Shown: in pieces, positions 47,847 to 58,568 of the stretch
How positions within the stretch are numbered: position 1 is the first letter of the stretch
How the letters are laid out: every line of letters starts with the position of its first letter
NCBI GenBank assembly: GCA_964544275.1
Contig: CAZIZX010000004.1
Span: forward strand, 20,251 to 84,250
DNA from: an uncultured Gammaproteobacteria bacterium
GTDB lineage: Bacteria; Patescibacteriota; Microgenomatia; UBA12405
Direction of reading: 5' to 3'
DNA length: 64,000 nt
The notes under the pieces: generated by a model
What the model saw: only the letters and a program-made list of their open reading frames with translations
Databases searched by the model: none
Told to the model about the DNA's origin: nothing
Translations under genes and position numbers: made by a program

Positions 47847-50800
47847 ATGTCTGACTTTGTCCACCTCCACGTCCACACCGAATATTCTCTCCTGGATGGC
47901 TTAAGCAAAATAAAACAATTAATTCCGACCATAAAAGACATGGGTATGGACGCTGTAGCCATTACCGATCACGGTAGTATGTATGGTGCTGTTGAATTCT
48001 ACAAAGCCTGCAAAAAAGCCGAGATAAAACCAATTATCGGAGCTGAAATGTACCTGGCACCCAATGGCCGTCAAGATCGCTCTGCTAGTAACCGACGCAA
48101 TTACCATCTCATCCTTCTGGCCAAAAACCAGCAAGGATACAAAAACCTAATGAAGATGGTCAGTATCAGTTATCTTGAAGGGTTTTACTATAAACCTCGC
48201 ATAGACTGGGAAATTCTACAAAAATACCATGAAGGTTTAATTTGTACTAGTGCCTGCCTAGAAGGCGAAATTTCCCAGCTAATCCTCAATGAAGAACCGG
48301 AAAAGGCCAGACAAAGAGCCAGAGACTTTCAGGAACTGTTCGGCCAAGATTTCTACTTGGAAATTCAAATTCATCCCGGTCTAAAGGATCAGGATAAATC
48401 AACTGAAGAACTGGTAAAAATAAGCCGTGAACTTGGAATCCCTCTGGTAGCCGCCAACGACGCCCACTATATCAAGAAAGAAGACGCCTTTGCCCAGGAT
48501 GTATTGATGATGATCAACACCCAGACCACTCTAAATCACCAAAACCGGCTTTCCATGTACGACATTCAAGATTTCTATATCAAAAGCCCGGAAGAAATGA
48601 AAGAGCAGTTTGCCAAATATCCGGATGCTTTAGAAAACACGATCAAAATAGCCCAAAAATGCGACCTTGACATCGAAATTGGCAGCTGGTATTTCCCCAA
48701 ATTTCCACTACCAAAAGGCAAAACCGCTCCCGAAGTACTAGCCGATTTAGTCATGGAACAAACAAAACTTCATTACGGTCAGATTACGACTGAAATCAAA
48801 GAGAGGCTTGATTACGAACTTGATGTCATCTGTTCCAAAGGCTATGCTCCTTACTTTTTAATTATGCGAGACTTTGTTCAATGGACCGAAAACAATGATA
48901 CCCCCACTAATACCAGAGGATCAGCCGCCGGTTGTCTGGTGGCCTTCGTTCTGGGTATTACCTCTGTTGACCCTCTTATCTACCAACTCCCTTTTGAGCG
49001 CTTTTTAACCAAAGACCGCCCTTCACCCCCCGACATCGACCTGGATGTAGCCGACGTTAAAAGACAGGAAATGCTCTATCACATCGTCGATCAGTATGGT
49101 GAAAATAGTGTGGCCCAAATCTGTACCTTTGGCCGAATGATGGCTCGGGGTGCTGTTCGGGACACTGCCCGTGTTTTGGGCTATGAATATGCCGCCGGCG
49201 ACAAAATCAGCAAATTGATTCCCATGGGTTCTCAAGGCTTTCCCATGTCAATCGATAAAGCCCTAAACACCACTCCCGATCTCAAAGATCTTTACCAAAA
49301 CGACCCGGATGCTAAAAAAATCCTTGATACCGCCAAACAAATAGAAGGTTGTGCCCGCCACATCAGCGTCCATGCCTGTGCTATTGTTATTTCCCCCGAT
49401 GATATCAACGATTTTACCCCGATACAGCTGGAAACCGGCGGTGACAAGCGAATTACCCAATACGAAATGCATGCCTGCGAAGATATTGGCCTCATCAAGT
49501 TCGATATTTTAGGAATCCGCAACTTATCCTTCCTCCGGGAATCTGTCATTAACGCCCGTAAAACGAAAGGAATCGACATCAACCTCAGAAAGGTGCCTCT
49601 TGATGATAAAAAAACGTTTGACATGCTCTCCAAAGGCGACACTATGGGAGTTTTTCAATTAGCCGGAGAAGGAATGACCAAATGGCTCAAAGAACTAAAA
49701 CCGGAAAGAGTTGAAGACCTTATGGCCATGGTCGCGCTCTATCGCCCCGGCCCAATGGCTATGATTCCCGAATATATTGCCCGCAAAAATGATCCTTCCA
49801 AAATTACCTATTTTGATCCCAAAATGGAAAAGTGGCTTAATAAATCTTACGGAGTCTTGGTTTACCAGGATGACTGTTTGTATACTGCCATCGAACTAGC
49901 CGGCTACAGCTGGATCGAAGTCGACAAGTTCCGCAAAGCTATTGGTAAAAAAATACCGGAAGAGATGGCCGCCCAAAAGGAAAAGTTTATCCAAGGCTGT
50001 ATCAGCAATGGCTACACCCAAGAAAAAGCCACCGAGATTTTTAGCTATATTGAACCCTTCACCTCCTATGGTTTCAACAAAGCTCATGCCGCTTCTTACG
50101 GCATGCTGGCCTACCGAACCGCCTACATGAAAGCCAATTTTCCGGTTGAATATATGTGCGCCCTGCTGACAGCCGAATCTCAGAATACCGAAAAAGTCAC
50201 TTCCGGAGTCGAAGAGTGCCGTCACATGGGCATCATAATTAACCCACCTGACGTTAACTTTTCGGAAAGCGGTTTCACCATGGAACCAAACGACAACTCA
50301 TTGGATAATTTAGCCATCCGTTTCGGTCTAAATGCTATCAAAAATGTCGGCGAAGCCGCCATTGAAGTAATTTTAACCGAAAGACAAGAAGGAGGAGAGT
50401 TTAAAAGCCTATCTGACTTCTGCCTTCGAGTAGACGGCCAAAAAGTTAACAAAAGAGTTCTCGAAAGTCTGATAAAAGTCGGTGCCATGGACAAATTCGG
50501 CAAAAGAAGCGCTATGCTTTCGGCTCTGGACCGAATCCGAATAGATTGTGAAAAACTGAACAGTAAAAAAACTAACGGGCAGTTCGGTCTTTTTGATAAT
50601 ATCGATACCGCCAAAACCACTCAAATTGAATCCCCGCCCGACAATCTTCCCGACATAGAAGAAATGACCCAAAACGAAAAACTGGCCTTCGAAAAACAAC
50701 TTATGGGTGTCTTCGTTACCGAAAATCCTATCAGCAAAATTCTTGAACCATTCCAAAAATATGGCTTTCAGCGACTCAGTGACATCCCCCAAAGAGGCCC

Positions 50801-51266
50801 TGAAGTTAATGTCAAAACCTGTGCCGTAATTTCCAAATTCAGAATCATTCGCACCAAAAAAAACAACGCCAAAATGGCCTTTGTCACCCTTGAAGATGAA
50901 ACCGGAAAAATCGAAGCCGTTATCTTTCCCAAAACATTCGACGGTTGTGAAAGTATTTTAGCCGAAAACAAACCGATCTATATCGAAGGTAAGACCAATA
51001 TCCGCAATGACGAATTTTCAATCCTGATTGATGTCATTTCTGAAAACGTCCCCCAAAACTCCAAGACCAAAGAATTCGACTTTGTCATCCAAATCCCTGA
51101 AGGGACCAGTCAAAACCAATTAATGCAAGTTAATACACTACTCAAGCAAAATCCCAACGGTCACCGCGGCCTTATCATTTTGGCCAACGGCAAAAACATC
51201 CCGCTTTCCTACGGGGTCAATTACACCAAAAAACTGGAGCAGGATATTACTGACATCTTAAAATAA
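47847..51266 (+). CDS. dnaE: DNA polymerase III alpha subunit
   Basis: FVHLHVHTEYSLLDG, RGSAAG, PDIDLD and YGFNKAH motifs. Confidence 0.97.
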   Translation: MSDFVHLHVHTEYSLLDGLSKIKQLIPTIKDMGMDAVAITDHGSMYGAVEFYKACKKAEIKPIIGAEMYLAPNGRQDRSASNRRNYHLILLAKNQQGYKNLMKMVSISYLEGFYYKPRIDWEILQKYHEGLICTSACLEGEISQLILNEEPEKARQRARDFQELFGQDFYLEIQIHPGLKDQDKSTEELVKISRELGIPLVAANDAHYIKKEDAFAQDVLMMINTQTTLNHQNRLSMYDIQDFYIKSPEEMKEQFAKYPDALENTIKIAQKCDLDIEIGSWYFPKFPLPKGKTAPEVLADLVMEQTKLHYGQITTEIKERLDYELDVICSKGYAPYFLIMRDFVQWTENNDTPTNTRGSAAGCLVAFVLGITSVDPLIYQLPFERFLTKDRPSPPDIDLDVADVKRQEMLYHIVDQYGENSVAQICTFGRMMARGAVRDTARVLGYEYAAGDKISKLIPMGSQGFPMSIDKALNTTPDLKDLYQNDPDAKKILDTAKQIEGCARHISVHACAIVISPDDINDFTPIQLETGGDKRITQYEMHACEDIGLIKFDILGIRNLSFLRESVINARKTKGIDINLRKVPLDDKKTFDMLSKGDTMGVFQLAGEGMTKWLKELKPERVEDLMAMVALYRPGPMAMIPEYIARKNDPSKITYFDPKMEKWLNKSYGVLVYQDDCLYTAIELAGYSWIEVDKFRKAIGKKIPEEMAAQKEKFIQGCISNGYTQEKATEIFSYIEPFTSYGFNKAHAASYGMLAYRTAYMKANFPVEYMCALLTAESQNTEKVTSGVEECRHMGIIINPPDVNFSESGFTMEPNDNSLDNLAIRFGLNAIKNVGEAAIEVILTERQEGGEFKSLSDFCLRVDGQKVNKRVLESLIKVGAMDKFGKRSAMLSALDRIRIDCEKLNSKKTNGQFGLFDNIDTAKTTQIESPPDNLPDIEEMTQNEKLAFEKQLMGVFVTENPISKILEPFQKYGFQRLSDIPQRGPEVNVKTCAVISKFRIIRTKKNNAKMAFVTLEDETGKIEAVIFPKTFDGCESILAENKPIYIEGKTNIRNDEFSILIDVISENVPQNSKTKEFDFVIQIPEGTSQNQLMQVNTLLKQNPNGHRGLIILANGKNIPLSYGVNYTKKLEQDITDILK

Positions 51267-51346
51267 AATCCCTTCCATTTGGGAAAACCCCGTGCTAGAA
51301 TACCAAAGTTCCTTTTGCTATAATTTCAAAGCAAATTTAAAAATAT

Positions 51347-51661
51347 ATGGCTCTCAAATTTACACACCAGGACACCGACTTCAACGTGGGTGACACTGTC
51401 AAAGTCAACTACAAAATCAAAGAACGTGGTGACCGAGAAAGACTCCAAGCATTCGACGGTATTATCATATCCGTCAAGGGTCGAGATGAAAATCAAAATT
51501 TTATTGTCAGAAAATCAGCTTCCGATGGAGTATTTGTCGAAAAGATTTTCCCGGTAGGTTCTCCCTGGATAGACAATATCAAAAAATTACGCGGCCCCAA
51601 AAGAACCGTCCGTCGAGCCAAGCTTTATTATCTTCGGGATCCTAAAGCTAGAACTTTATAA
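51347..51661 (+). CDS. rplS: 50S ribosomal protein L19
   Basis: GDTVKV, ERLQAFDG and VRRAKLYYLR motifs. Confidence 0.95.
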   Translation: MALKFTHQDTDFNVGDTVKVNYKIKERGDRERLQAFDGIIISVKGRDENQNFIVRKSASDGVFVEKIFPVGSPWIDNIKKLRGPKRTVRRAKLYYLRDPKARTL

Positions 51662-51667
51662 ATACAA

Positions 51668-51741
51668 GGGTCCTTAGCTCAGTTGGTTAGAGCATCTGCC
51701 TTTTAAGCAGGTGGTCGAGAGTTCGAATCTCTCAGGACCCA
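51668..51741 (+). tRNA. tRNA-Lys(TTT)
   Basis: GGGTCCTTAGCTCAGTTGGTTAGAGC...CTTTTAA...GTTCGAATC...AGGACCC-A. Confidence 0.95.
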
Positions 51742-51746
51742 CTTTC

Positions 51747-52385
51747 ATGCATTTATACGGATTAATTGTCGGTATCAGTATCGCTGTCGGTACTTACTAC
51801 TTCTCCAGACACAATCAGACCATCCCCAAAAATAAAGAAAACTTGTTCATATTCCTTGTCATAATTTCCGCCATCATCGGCGCCCGTCTTTATCACGTAA
51901 TTGATTTTTGGTCCTTCTATTCCCAAAATTTACCTCAAATACCCAATACTAGGGGTGGGGGACTCGCTATATATGGTGGATTACTCGGTGGTCTGTTTAC
52001 TATTCTTCTTTTTTCTCGCTTCAACAGAATACCTCTCCTAAAAATTACCAACCTGATATCTCCTATCCTACCTTTATGCCAAAGCATTGGTCGTTTTGGC
52101 AATTATTTTAACCACGAAGGTTACAGTTCCAATGGCCAACCGGTTTGGTTCTATGAATCTGTTCTAACCTTCCTTTTATTCTTAATATTAATCAAATCCA
52201 AAACTAATCAGACAGCCACCTATCTAATCGGTTACGGCACCATCCGCTTCTTTCTTGAGTTCCTCCGAACTGACACCTGGACCATCGGTCACCTCAAAAT
52301 CGCCCAGATAATCAGTCTGGCGTTCATAGCCACCGGATTAATAATTATCAAAAACCGTTACACTACAATTAACAAACAGATGTGA
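51747..52385 (+). CDS. lgt: Prolipoprotein diacylglyceryl transferase (short)
   Basis: YG, IGARLYHV, GGLAIYGG, IGRFGNYFN.E and RFFLEFLR motifs. ATG at 51747; the longer ORF call overlaps the tRNA. Confidence 0.88.
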   Translation: MHLYGLIVGISIAVGTYYFSRHNQTIPKNKENLFIFLVIISAIIGARLYHVIDFWSFYSQNLPQIPNTRGGGLAIYGGLLGGLFTILLFSRFNRIPLLKITNLISPILPLCQSIGRFGNYFNHEGYSSNGQPVWFYESVLTFLLFLILIKSKTNQTATYLIGYGTIRFFLEFLRTDTWTIGHLKIAQIISLAFIATGLIIIKNRYTTINKQM

Positions 52386-52682
52386 ACTCACTGTACAGCC
52401 GGAACATTTACTAGAAAGCATCTCGACTTACAAAAAATAAGAGAACTGGTTTTTTTAATACAGCGGCAAAATTATAGTCATCGATACTAAAAAGGTGACC
52501 TATAAACAGCTCTATACTTCAAATACTTAACAGCTTCACTTAAATCTACTGGTATTAATCCCAGTTGTTAGTACTAACCTAACAATCAGTATATATGAAA
52601 GATTGACTATGCTAACGGCATCTGTGAAAAAGAAGTGATTACTCAAAAGTCCTTTTGTTACTAGCGGGTGAGTGAAGGCACC

Positions 52683-53051
52683 CTATCCTCTTAGAATATT
52701 ATGGGCGATTTTTGCCAACAAAGCATCCATATCGAATGGTTTTTCTATAAAATCATCTGATCCTGCTTCCCGAGCAATCTTTTCAGTTTCCCGGTTTGCT
52801 GAAATCATTATAATAGGAATGTGTTTTGTAAGTCGCTGATTTCTTAGATTTCTGCAAATATCTCGTCCGTCTACATCTGCCATCCAAATATCTAAAAGTA
52901 GCAAATCAGGTAAATAGTCACCGACCTTCCGCATGGTATACCCATTAGCTGTTGACTCAACCTCATACCCAGCATCTTCTAACATCATAGTAAGCACAAC
53001 TACAATATCTTTATCGTCATCGGCAACCAGTATTTTTTTCTTCATATTCAT
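52683..53051 (-). CDS. Single-domain response regulator
   Basis: ILVADDD, LLDIWM, ISA and FIEKPF motifs. Confidence 0.9.
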   Translation of the reverse strand: MNMKKKILVADDDKDIVVVLTMMLEDAGYEVESTANGYTMRKVGDYLPDLLLLDIWMADVDGRDICRNLRNQRLTKHIPIIMISANRETEKIAREAGSDDFIEKPFDMDALLAKIAHNILRG

Positions 53052-53066
53052 TCTTTCCCTTACAGA

Positions 53067-56000
53067 TTAGCTCTTTCCTAAAGGTAATGTAAAATAAAAT
53101 TTTGAACCTTTACCCCTCTCACTTTCAACCCAAATTTTTCCCTGATGCCCTTTTATAATTTCCGCTGCTATATACAGTCCTAATCCAAATCCAGCCACAT
53201 TCGTTTCTCCTTTATCTCTGATTCTATAAAATCGCTCAAATACCTTTGCCTGATCGCGTTTTTCAATACCAGATCCAAAATCTTTGACACTTACAATAGC
53301 GTTTTTTTTATCAGTTTCCATCCGAACAATCACCTTATCTGAATTAGCTGAGTATTTGATAGCATTGGCAATAAGATTTGAGAGTACTTGTTCAATACGA
53401 CTTTGATCACCAAAAACCTGCTCCTTAATTTCTCCTTCTTTAACAATTTGATGCGTTTCGGTTGTATGTTGAAAATCTGCTATCATTTTTGAAACAATTA
53501 CGTTTAAGTCAAAATTCTTTTTCGTCATTATCATTTTACCCGCCTGTATCTTACTTGTATCGAGCAAGTCGCTGATAAGGTTTGCCACCCTATCTGTTTG
53601 ATCATTAATGTTTTGTATAAGATAGGTATCTTTACTGTCATTTCGTTGCGAAATACGTTTCTTAAGAATTTGAGCATACGCTTTCAAAGTAGTAATAGGA
53701 GTCTTGAGTTCATGAGAAGCAATACCGATAAATGAATCTTTTTGCTGTTCGATATCTTTGCGATCCGTAATATCCTCAATTGCAAGGAGAATATTATCTC
53801 CATCTTTATAAAACTTACGGGCATTGAGAAGCATTACTTTGTGTCCAATTACAGGAAAACTATGTTGTATTTCATAATTATCAAAGACGTTATCCTGAGG
53901 TAAAATTTCATTTAAGAGTTTTCGCAAAGATGGTATATTCCATTGGCCATTTCCTAAATCGTAGACAAAATTCCCAATTGATTCTTCAGAAGATACCTGA
54001 AACATTTGCTGGAAAGATCTATTTGTAGTTTTTACCCGTAAGTCTCGATCTAAAACGATCAGAGGGATTTGTACCGTCCGAATAATAGCTTCTGCATAAT
54101 TATGTGCTTCGAGGAGCTGTTCATTACGATTTTGTAATTCCTCATTCACTGTAATTAGCTCTTCGTTAGTCGACTCAAGCTCTTCCTTGCTTGTTTCAAG
54201 TTCTTCGTTGATACTCTGCAGTTCTTCATTACTTGAGAGAATTTCCTCAGATGCCGTCTGCAGTTCCTCATTCGTCGCCTCCATCTCTTCGGTAACCGCA
54301 CGCATATCCTCACGGGTTTGAACAAGCTCTTGTTCCAACTCCGTAATCCGATTATACTTAGCTTCCCGCTTGTGACGATCAACTGTCTGTTTTATGGGTA
54401 CTATCCCTGCTTGAGATACGTATTTGGTAGTATCTTCAAACAAAACCAAGTAATACAGTTCCGTTGATGACCCCTTGAGAGGAAGCACCTCAACATTAAC
54501 TAGTTTTACATTAGTACTCTGACTTAGCGGGATACCTTCTTTCCTAAAAGGCTTTCCGCTTTTTTTTACTTTGGAAATTGCACTGCGTAGCTCAAATCCC
54601 AAGCCTTCTCTTGCCATTTTTATAAGATTAAAGCTTGGTTTTCCTTGAGATGGTTCAAGAAACATGCCTGTGGAACCACGAAATTGGATAATCTCCAAAT
54701 CATTGTTGATTACAACACTAGCAGGAGTATAATGGCTAAGAAGAATTGTATCTGCCTGTTTTTGTATTTCAGCCGAATCTACAACAGGTTCGTTTATCAT
54801 TACCGCACTCCTATCAACTTGATTATCTAGCTTTGGAATAATTGTACGAAAGCCACCATTACCTCGAAAAGTAATGTCTTTTCTTGTATAAATTTTGTAT
54901 TTTTTATCAATCTGAGAAAAAAGCTCGGGTGAGGCGGAAGTAGCCTCTGACTTTCCCAGCATGAGAAACCCTCCTGGCTTAAGTGCATACTGAAAAGCAC
55001 GGAGAGTCCTATCTTGCAAGCTTAAATCAAAATAAATAAGGAGATTGCAGCAACTAATTAAATCGAGTTTGGAAAATGGTGGATCTGTAAAGACATTGTG
55101 CAATGCGAAGATGCACATCTCACGAATGGACTTGTTAATTTGATAGAATCCACCTGATTTCTCGAAATACAGGGTTAAGTTTTTTGGCTCTATACCAACC
55201 ACATCACGTTGTGAGTACTTACCTACACGCGCTTTTTCGATAGCAGTTTTACTGACATCTGTCCCGAATATTTGCACCGGGATATTTAGTGACTTACCAG
55301 CCAAAAATCCAGACAAAGACATGGCGATTGAGTAGACTTCTTCGCCGGTTGCACATCCTGGAACCCACACGCGTACTGGCTCTTTTGGTGACCTATTTTT
55401 TATTAAACGTGGAAAGATAGTGTCATATAAAAATTGAAAAGTATGGTGTTCTCTGAAAAAGCTCGTAACATTAATAAGAAGGTCATCGTTAAGAATCGCT
55501 ATCTCACCATTATTATCTTTCAGATATTCGATGTAGCTCTTGAGTGTTTTAATTTTATGAAAGAGCATTCGTCGTCTAATACGACGTTGCATTGTAGCTC
55601 TTTTATAATGGCTAAAGTCAATCCCAAAGCTTTTCCGTAGCATAAAGAAAATCATTTTTAGCCCGTCTTCATGTTCAGGTAGTCCCTGTTGATCTTGTAG
55701 AATCTGAGACTGTTGAACATAAGGGTGATTGTTCATTTTTATCAGTTCATTGGCAATCTCATCAGGTGCGAGAATAAAATCCACATCTCCTGAGGCAATC
55801 GCAGCTTGCGGCATTCCCTGATATTTTGCACTCGAATCCTGAGCAAAGGTAGCGCCTCCTTCACTTTTGATGGCTGTAAGCCCCAGCGTACCATCCGATG
55901 CAGTTCCGGAAAGAATTATGCCAATCGCCCGTTCTTTTTGACTCTTTGCCAAAGAAGTAAAAAATTGATCAATCGGCATGTGTGGTTTGTTACCCTTTTC

Positions 56001-56354
56001 CCGAGTCGTGAGCTTGAGAATTCCACGTCTGATTGTCATATCTTTGTTATGAGGAATAACATAGACATGATTTGGGCGGACAGGGGTTTCGTCTTTCGCT
56101 TCTATAACCCGCATTGTCGTAGCTTTTGATAAGAGCTTGGCCAAAATACTCTCATGGTTAGGATCAAGATGTTGAACCAAGACAAAACCCATGCCTAAAT
56201 TTTCAGGTAGAGCTTTTAAAAATTGAGTGAACGCCTCGAGCCCTCCTGCAGACGCACCAATACCTACAATAGGGAAAAAACTACTTGTAAAAGAGTTCTG
56301 CTCGTTTTCCTTTCTATAATTCGGTTTGACCATTTTTGGCAGGTCATCTCTCAT
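53067..56354 (-). CDS. CheB-CheR-coiled coil-PAS-histidine kinase fusion
   Basis: GIGASAGG/QHL/SDG (CheB), VTSFFR/GCATGEE/CCNLLIY (CheR), EELQS.NEEL repeats, and SHELKTP/NAIKY/GFGLGL (kinase). Confidence 0.92.
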   Translation of the reverse strand: MRDDLPKMVKPNYRKENEQNSFTSSFFPIVGIGASAGGLEAFTQFLKALPENLGMGFVLVQHLDPNHESILAKLLSKATTMRVIEAKDETPVRPNHVYVIPHNKDMTIRRGILKLTTREKGNKPHMPIDQFFTSLAKSQKERAIGIILSGTASDGTLGLTAIKSEGGATFAQDSSAKYQGMPQAAIASGDVDFILAPDEIANELIKMNNHPYVQQSQILQDQQGLPEHEDGLKMIFFMLRKSFGIDFSHYKRATMQRRIRRRMLFHKIKTLKSYIEYLKDNNGEIAILNDDLLINVTSFFREHHTFQFLYDTIFPRLIKNRSPKEPVRVWVPGCATGEEVYSIAMSLSGFLAGKSLNIPVQIFGTDVSKTAIEKARVGKYSQRDVVGIEPKNLTLYFEKSGGFYQINKSIREMCIFALHNVFTDPPFSKLDLISCCNLLIYFDLSLQDRTLRAFQYALKPGGFLMLGKSEATSASPELFSQIDKKYKIYTRKDITFRGNGGFRTIIPKLDNQVDRSAVMINEPVVDSAEIQKQADTILLSHYTPASVVINNDLEIIQFRGSTGMFLEPSQGKPSFNLIKMAREGLGFELRSAISKVKKSGKPFRKEGIPLSQSTNVKLVNVEVLPLKGSSTELYYLVLFEDTTKYVSQAGIVPIKQTVDRHKREAKYNRITELEQELVQTREDMRAVTEEMEATNEELQTASEEILSSNEELQSINEELETSKEELESTNEELITVNEELQNRNEQLLEAHNYAEAIIRTVQIPLIVLDRDLRVKTTNRSFQQMFQVSSEESIGNFVYDLGNGQWNIPSLRKLLNEILPQDNVFDNYEIQHSFPVIGHKVMLLNARKFYKDGDNILLAIEDITDRKDIEQQKDSFIGIASHELKTPITTLKAYAQILKKRISQRNDSKDTYLIQNINDQTDRVANLISDLLDTSKIQAGKMIMTKKNFDLNVIVSKMIADFQHTTETHQIVKEGEIKEQVFGDQSRIEQVLSNLIANAIKYSANSDKVIVRMETDKKNAIVSVKDFGSGIEKRDQAKVFERFYRIRDKGETNVAGFGLGLYIAAEIIKGHQGKIWVESERGKGSKFYFTLPLGKS

Positions 56355-56360
56355 AAATTA

Positions 56361-56504
56361 TCAATTTCCTCGTATGCCAACATTTAAACCTGGTAATCCT
56401 CTAGAACACACCCATCTACGAACAGCACCTACGTTTACACCTAAGAATTCAGCAACTTCATTTACGTTAAGAAGGTTGGGATTAGACGTCTCATCTTCAT
56501 TCAT
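56361..56504 (-). pseudogene. HTH_17 (excisionase/MerR-like) domain, in frame with the CheBR kinase but separated by two stops
   Basis: MNEDETSNPNLLNVNEVAEFLGVNVGAVRRWVCSRGLPGLNVGIRGN**F-MRDDL, all in one frame. Confidence 0.65.
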
Positions 56505-56699
56505 ATCAAAATAACCTATTACTTTATAGTACTACATAGTTACTAATAAATATATACGTTTAGGTCTAGTTCCATTTTTAACTTAGAAGCTAAGTCGAAA
56601 CGCTCCAGGCAAGTCCCTCTGTTCCATTCCAAACAGTCCACTCACAAAACTAAAAATCCAGCGGGCACTGGATAAATTTCAAAAAAGGGGTAGAAAATT

Positions 56700-57059
56700 T
56701 TATAACTTTCTAACTACTTCACCGATTTGAGCTAAATTTATCTTACCAACATCTACATCTACTCCCCTCACAGAGAAACGAGCCATGCCAACAGTTTTAA
56801 CCTCTGGAGCTTGTACCCGAATTGCCGCTAATACAGCTTGTCCATCTGCACCATCACCATCGTAGGGATTAAGATTCCCATCAATTATAGCCACTTGGAC
56901 ACCTAATTCCTTTAGTTGTGTAACAGCTTCTAAAGCTTGCTGTCTGGTTTCTGCTGTTAACACAATACTATGCCCTGCAGCAACTAATAGGTATTTTAAT
57001 AATATTTGCGATCTTATATCATCTTCGACAACAAAAACTCTAGCTTTTTCAGGACTCAT
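56700..57059 (-). CDS. Degenerate single receiver-domain protein
   Basis: VFVVEDD, AIIDGNL and DG motifs; the C-terminus is shortened. Confidence 0.7.
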   Translation of the reverse strand: MSPEKARVFVVEDDIRSQILLKYLLVAAGHSIVLTAETRQQALEAVTQLKELGVQVAIIDGNLNPYDGDGADGQAVLAAIRVQAPEVKTVGMARFSVRGVDVDVGKINLAQIGEVVRKL

Positions 57060-57164
57060 ATTTCATTTCACCTTCCTATTCCATTATTACATTACCCTTA
57101 AATATTTAAAAGACAACCCAAAATAGCCGAAGTAGGCTAAGTGGTCACAACTTTGTTCGCTTGT

Positions 57165-57241
57165 TGGTGACCCCAGGGGGATTCGAACCCCCGATTGCCT
57201 GGATGAAAGCCAGGAGTCCTAGGCCACTAGACGATGGGGCC
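57165..57241 (-). tRNA. tRNA-Glu(TTC)
   Basis: Reverse complement GGCCCCATCGTCTAGTGGCCTAGGAC...CTTTCAT...GGTTCGAATCCC...ACCA. Confidence 0.95.
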
Positions 57242-57322
57242 GATTCTATCGGAAACGTTCTAATTTTATCAGCAACCACCCTCAAATTCCAGCCTCTATT
57301 GTTTCAGGTTATAATCTAAAAG

Positions 57323-57943
57323 ATGATTTACATTTATCACGGCGACAACACCAAAGACAGTCGCGAAGCTTTTAACCAACACCTCGACCAGAACAAGGAC
57401 ACAAATATCCTCCGTTTGGACAACAAAGAAGCCGATCCCGATCTTATCAACAACTTCCTCAACGGCACTTCTCTGTTTAGTTCCAAAAAAGTGCTTGCTT
57501 TAACCAATTTCTTCTCTATTACCAAAGCCACTCTGGATAAAATTGTCAAAATTATTAATTCTCAAAACGACACCGACATTTTAATCTGGCAGGACAAAAC
57601 CTTAAATGCTACCCAACTGAAAACATACCCCAAAGCTAACAGTAAGCTTTTTCGTCTGGATAATAAGCTCTTTGCCTGCCTCAATTCTATAAAACCTCAT
57701 AATTTGAGCCAATTTATTCCTCTCTACGAAGAAGTAATCCAGCAAAACCTTTATGATCTCTTTCTTTATCTTCTAAAAAATAATATACGCAAACAATTAA
57801 CCACCTATTCCCGTTTTGACACGGCCTCTCTCAAGAAATCCTATCTTCAAATGATCGAGCTTGACTACCAAAATAAGTCCGGAGAACTAACCATCGCCAA
57901 AGAACTGGCCCTGCAAAGAATCATCATTAATCTGGTCAAATGA
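57323..57943 (+). CDS. Short DNA polymerase III delta (HolA)-like protein
   Basis: IYIYHGDN, SLFS.KK and C-terminal ELDY..KSG pattern. Confidence 0.6.
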   Translation: MIYIYHGDNTKDSREAFNQHLDQNKDTNILRLDNKEADPDLINNFLNGTSLFSSKKVLALTNFFSITKATLDKIVKIINSQNDTDILIWQDKTLNATQLKTYPKANSKLFRLDNKLFACLNSIKPHNLSQFIPLYEEVIQQNLYDLFLYLLKNNIRKQLTTYSRFDTASLKKSYLQMIELDYQNKSGELTIAKELALQRIIINLVK

Positions 57944-58172
57944 TATCCTATAACATAACACATTTTGGTGATCTTTTTTGATACAGTATGTATTCTTTAT
58001 TTAAATAATTTCCTATGTATTATTTACTCATAAAAATGGCAATAACTAAAAACAGACTCTTGTTAGCAGTCATCTCAATCGACCGCTAAAATCAAACCTA
58101 AACTCTCATCTGACCTATAATATTGGTACTGACAGTTCCCCCTTCGCCCGTTAATCTGCTATTATTTTATAA

Positions 58173-58568
58173 ATGCAAGTTGTTGTCCCAAAACCATGGG
58201 GTCGAGAAATTGTCTTAACCGACAACAAACTCCCATATACAGCCAAAATCCTGGAAATAAAAGCCGGCAGTAAGCTTTCGCTTCAATACCATGACCAAAA
58301 AATCGAAACATTAACTCTTTTCCAGGGATCAGCCAATATTACTTTTGGACCTTCCGTTCAAAATCTGACCACCCAAACCATGAAATCCAAAACCGGTTAC
58401 ACCTTCATCCCCAACACTATCCATCGTATCGAAGCTACCACCGATTGCATCATTTTCGAAGCCTCTTCTCCCGAAACCGGCACCACTTTCAGGCTGGAAG
58501 ACGACTACCGTCGCCAAAACGAAACCCAAACTATTAGAGATTTACCTAATCGAGGATGGCAACCATAA
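58173..58568 (+). CDS. Cupin (mannose-6-phosphate isomerase C-terminal-like)
   Basis: KPWG.E, LSLQYH..K.ET, HRI and RLEDDY motifs. Confidence 0.8.
   Translation: MQVVVPKPWGREIVLTDNKLPYTAKILEIKAGSKLSLQYHDQKIETLTLFQGSANITFGPSVQNLTTQTMKSKTGYTFIPNTIHRIEATTDCIIFEASSPETGTTFRLEDDYRRQNETQTIRDLPNRGWQP

Larger units (their letters stand above)
52400..57164. mobile_element. Accessory signalling island abutting the 3' end of tRNA-Glu
   Basis: Composition shift and signalling genes only. Boundaries are approximate; no integrase was seen. Confidence 0.4.

Noticed and set aside
54130-54340. Quasi-periodic repeats in the kinase gene
   Set aside because: They are heptad EELxS/TxNEEL coiled-coil repeats within the CDS, not a CRISPR array.
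44179-56363. In-frame TGA codons at 44179-44181 and 56361-56363 as possible stop-codon reassignment
   Set aside because: Intact genes such as rodA and the holA-like gene end in TGA, and the 56361 TGA is followed by TAA, so the standard code with local decay fits better.
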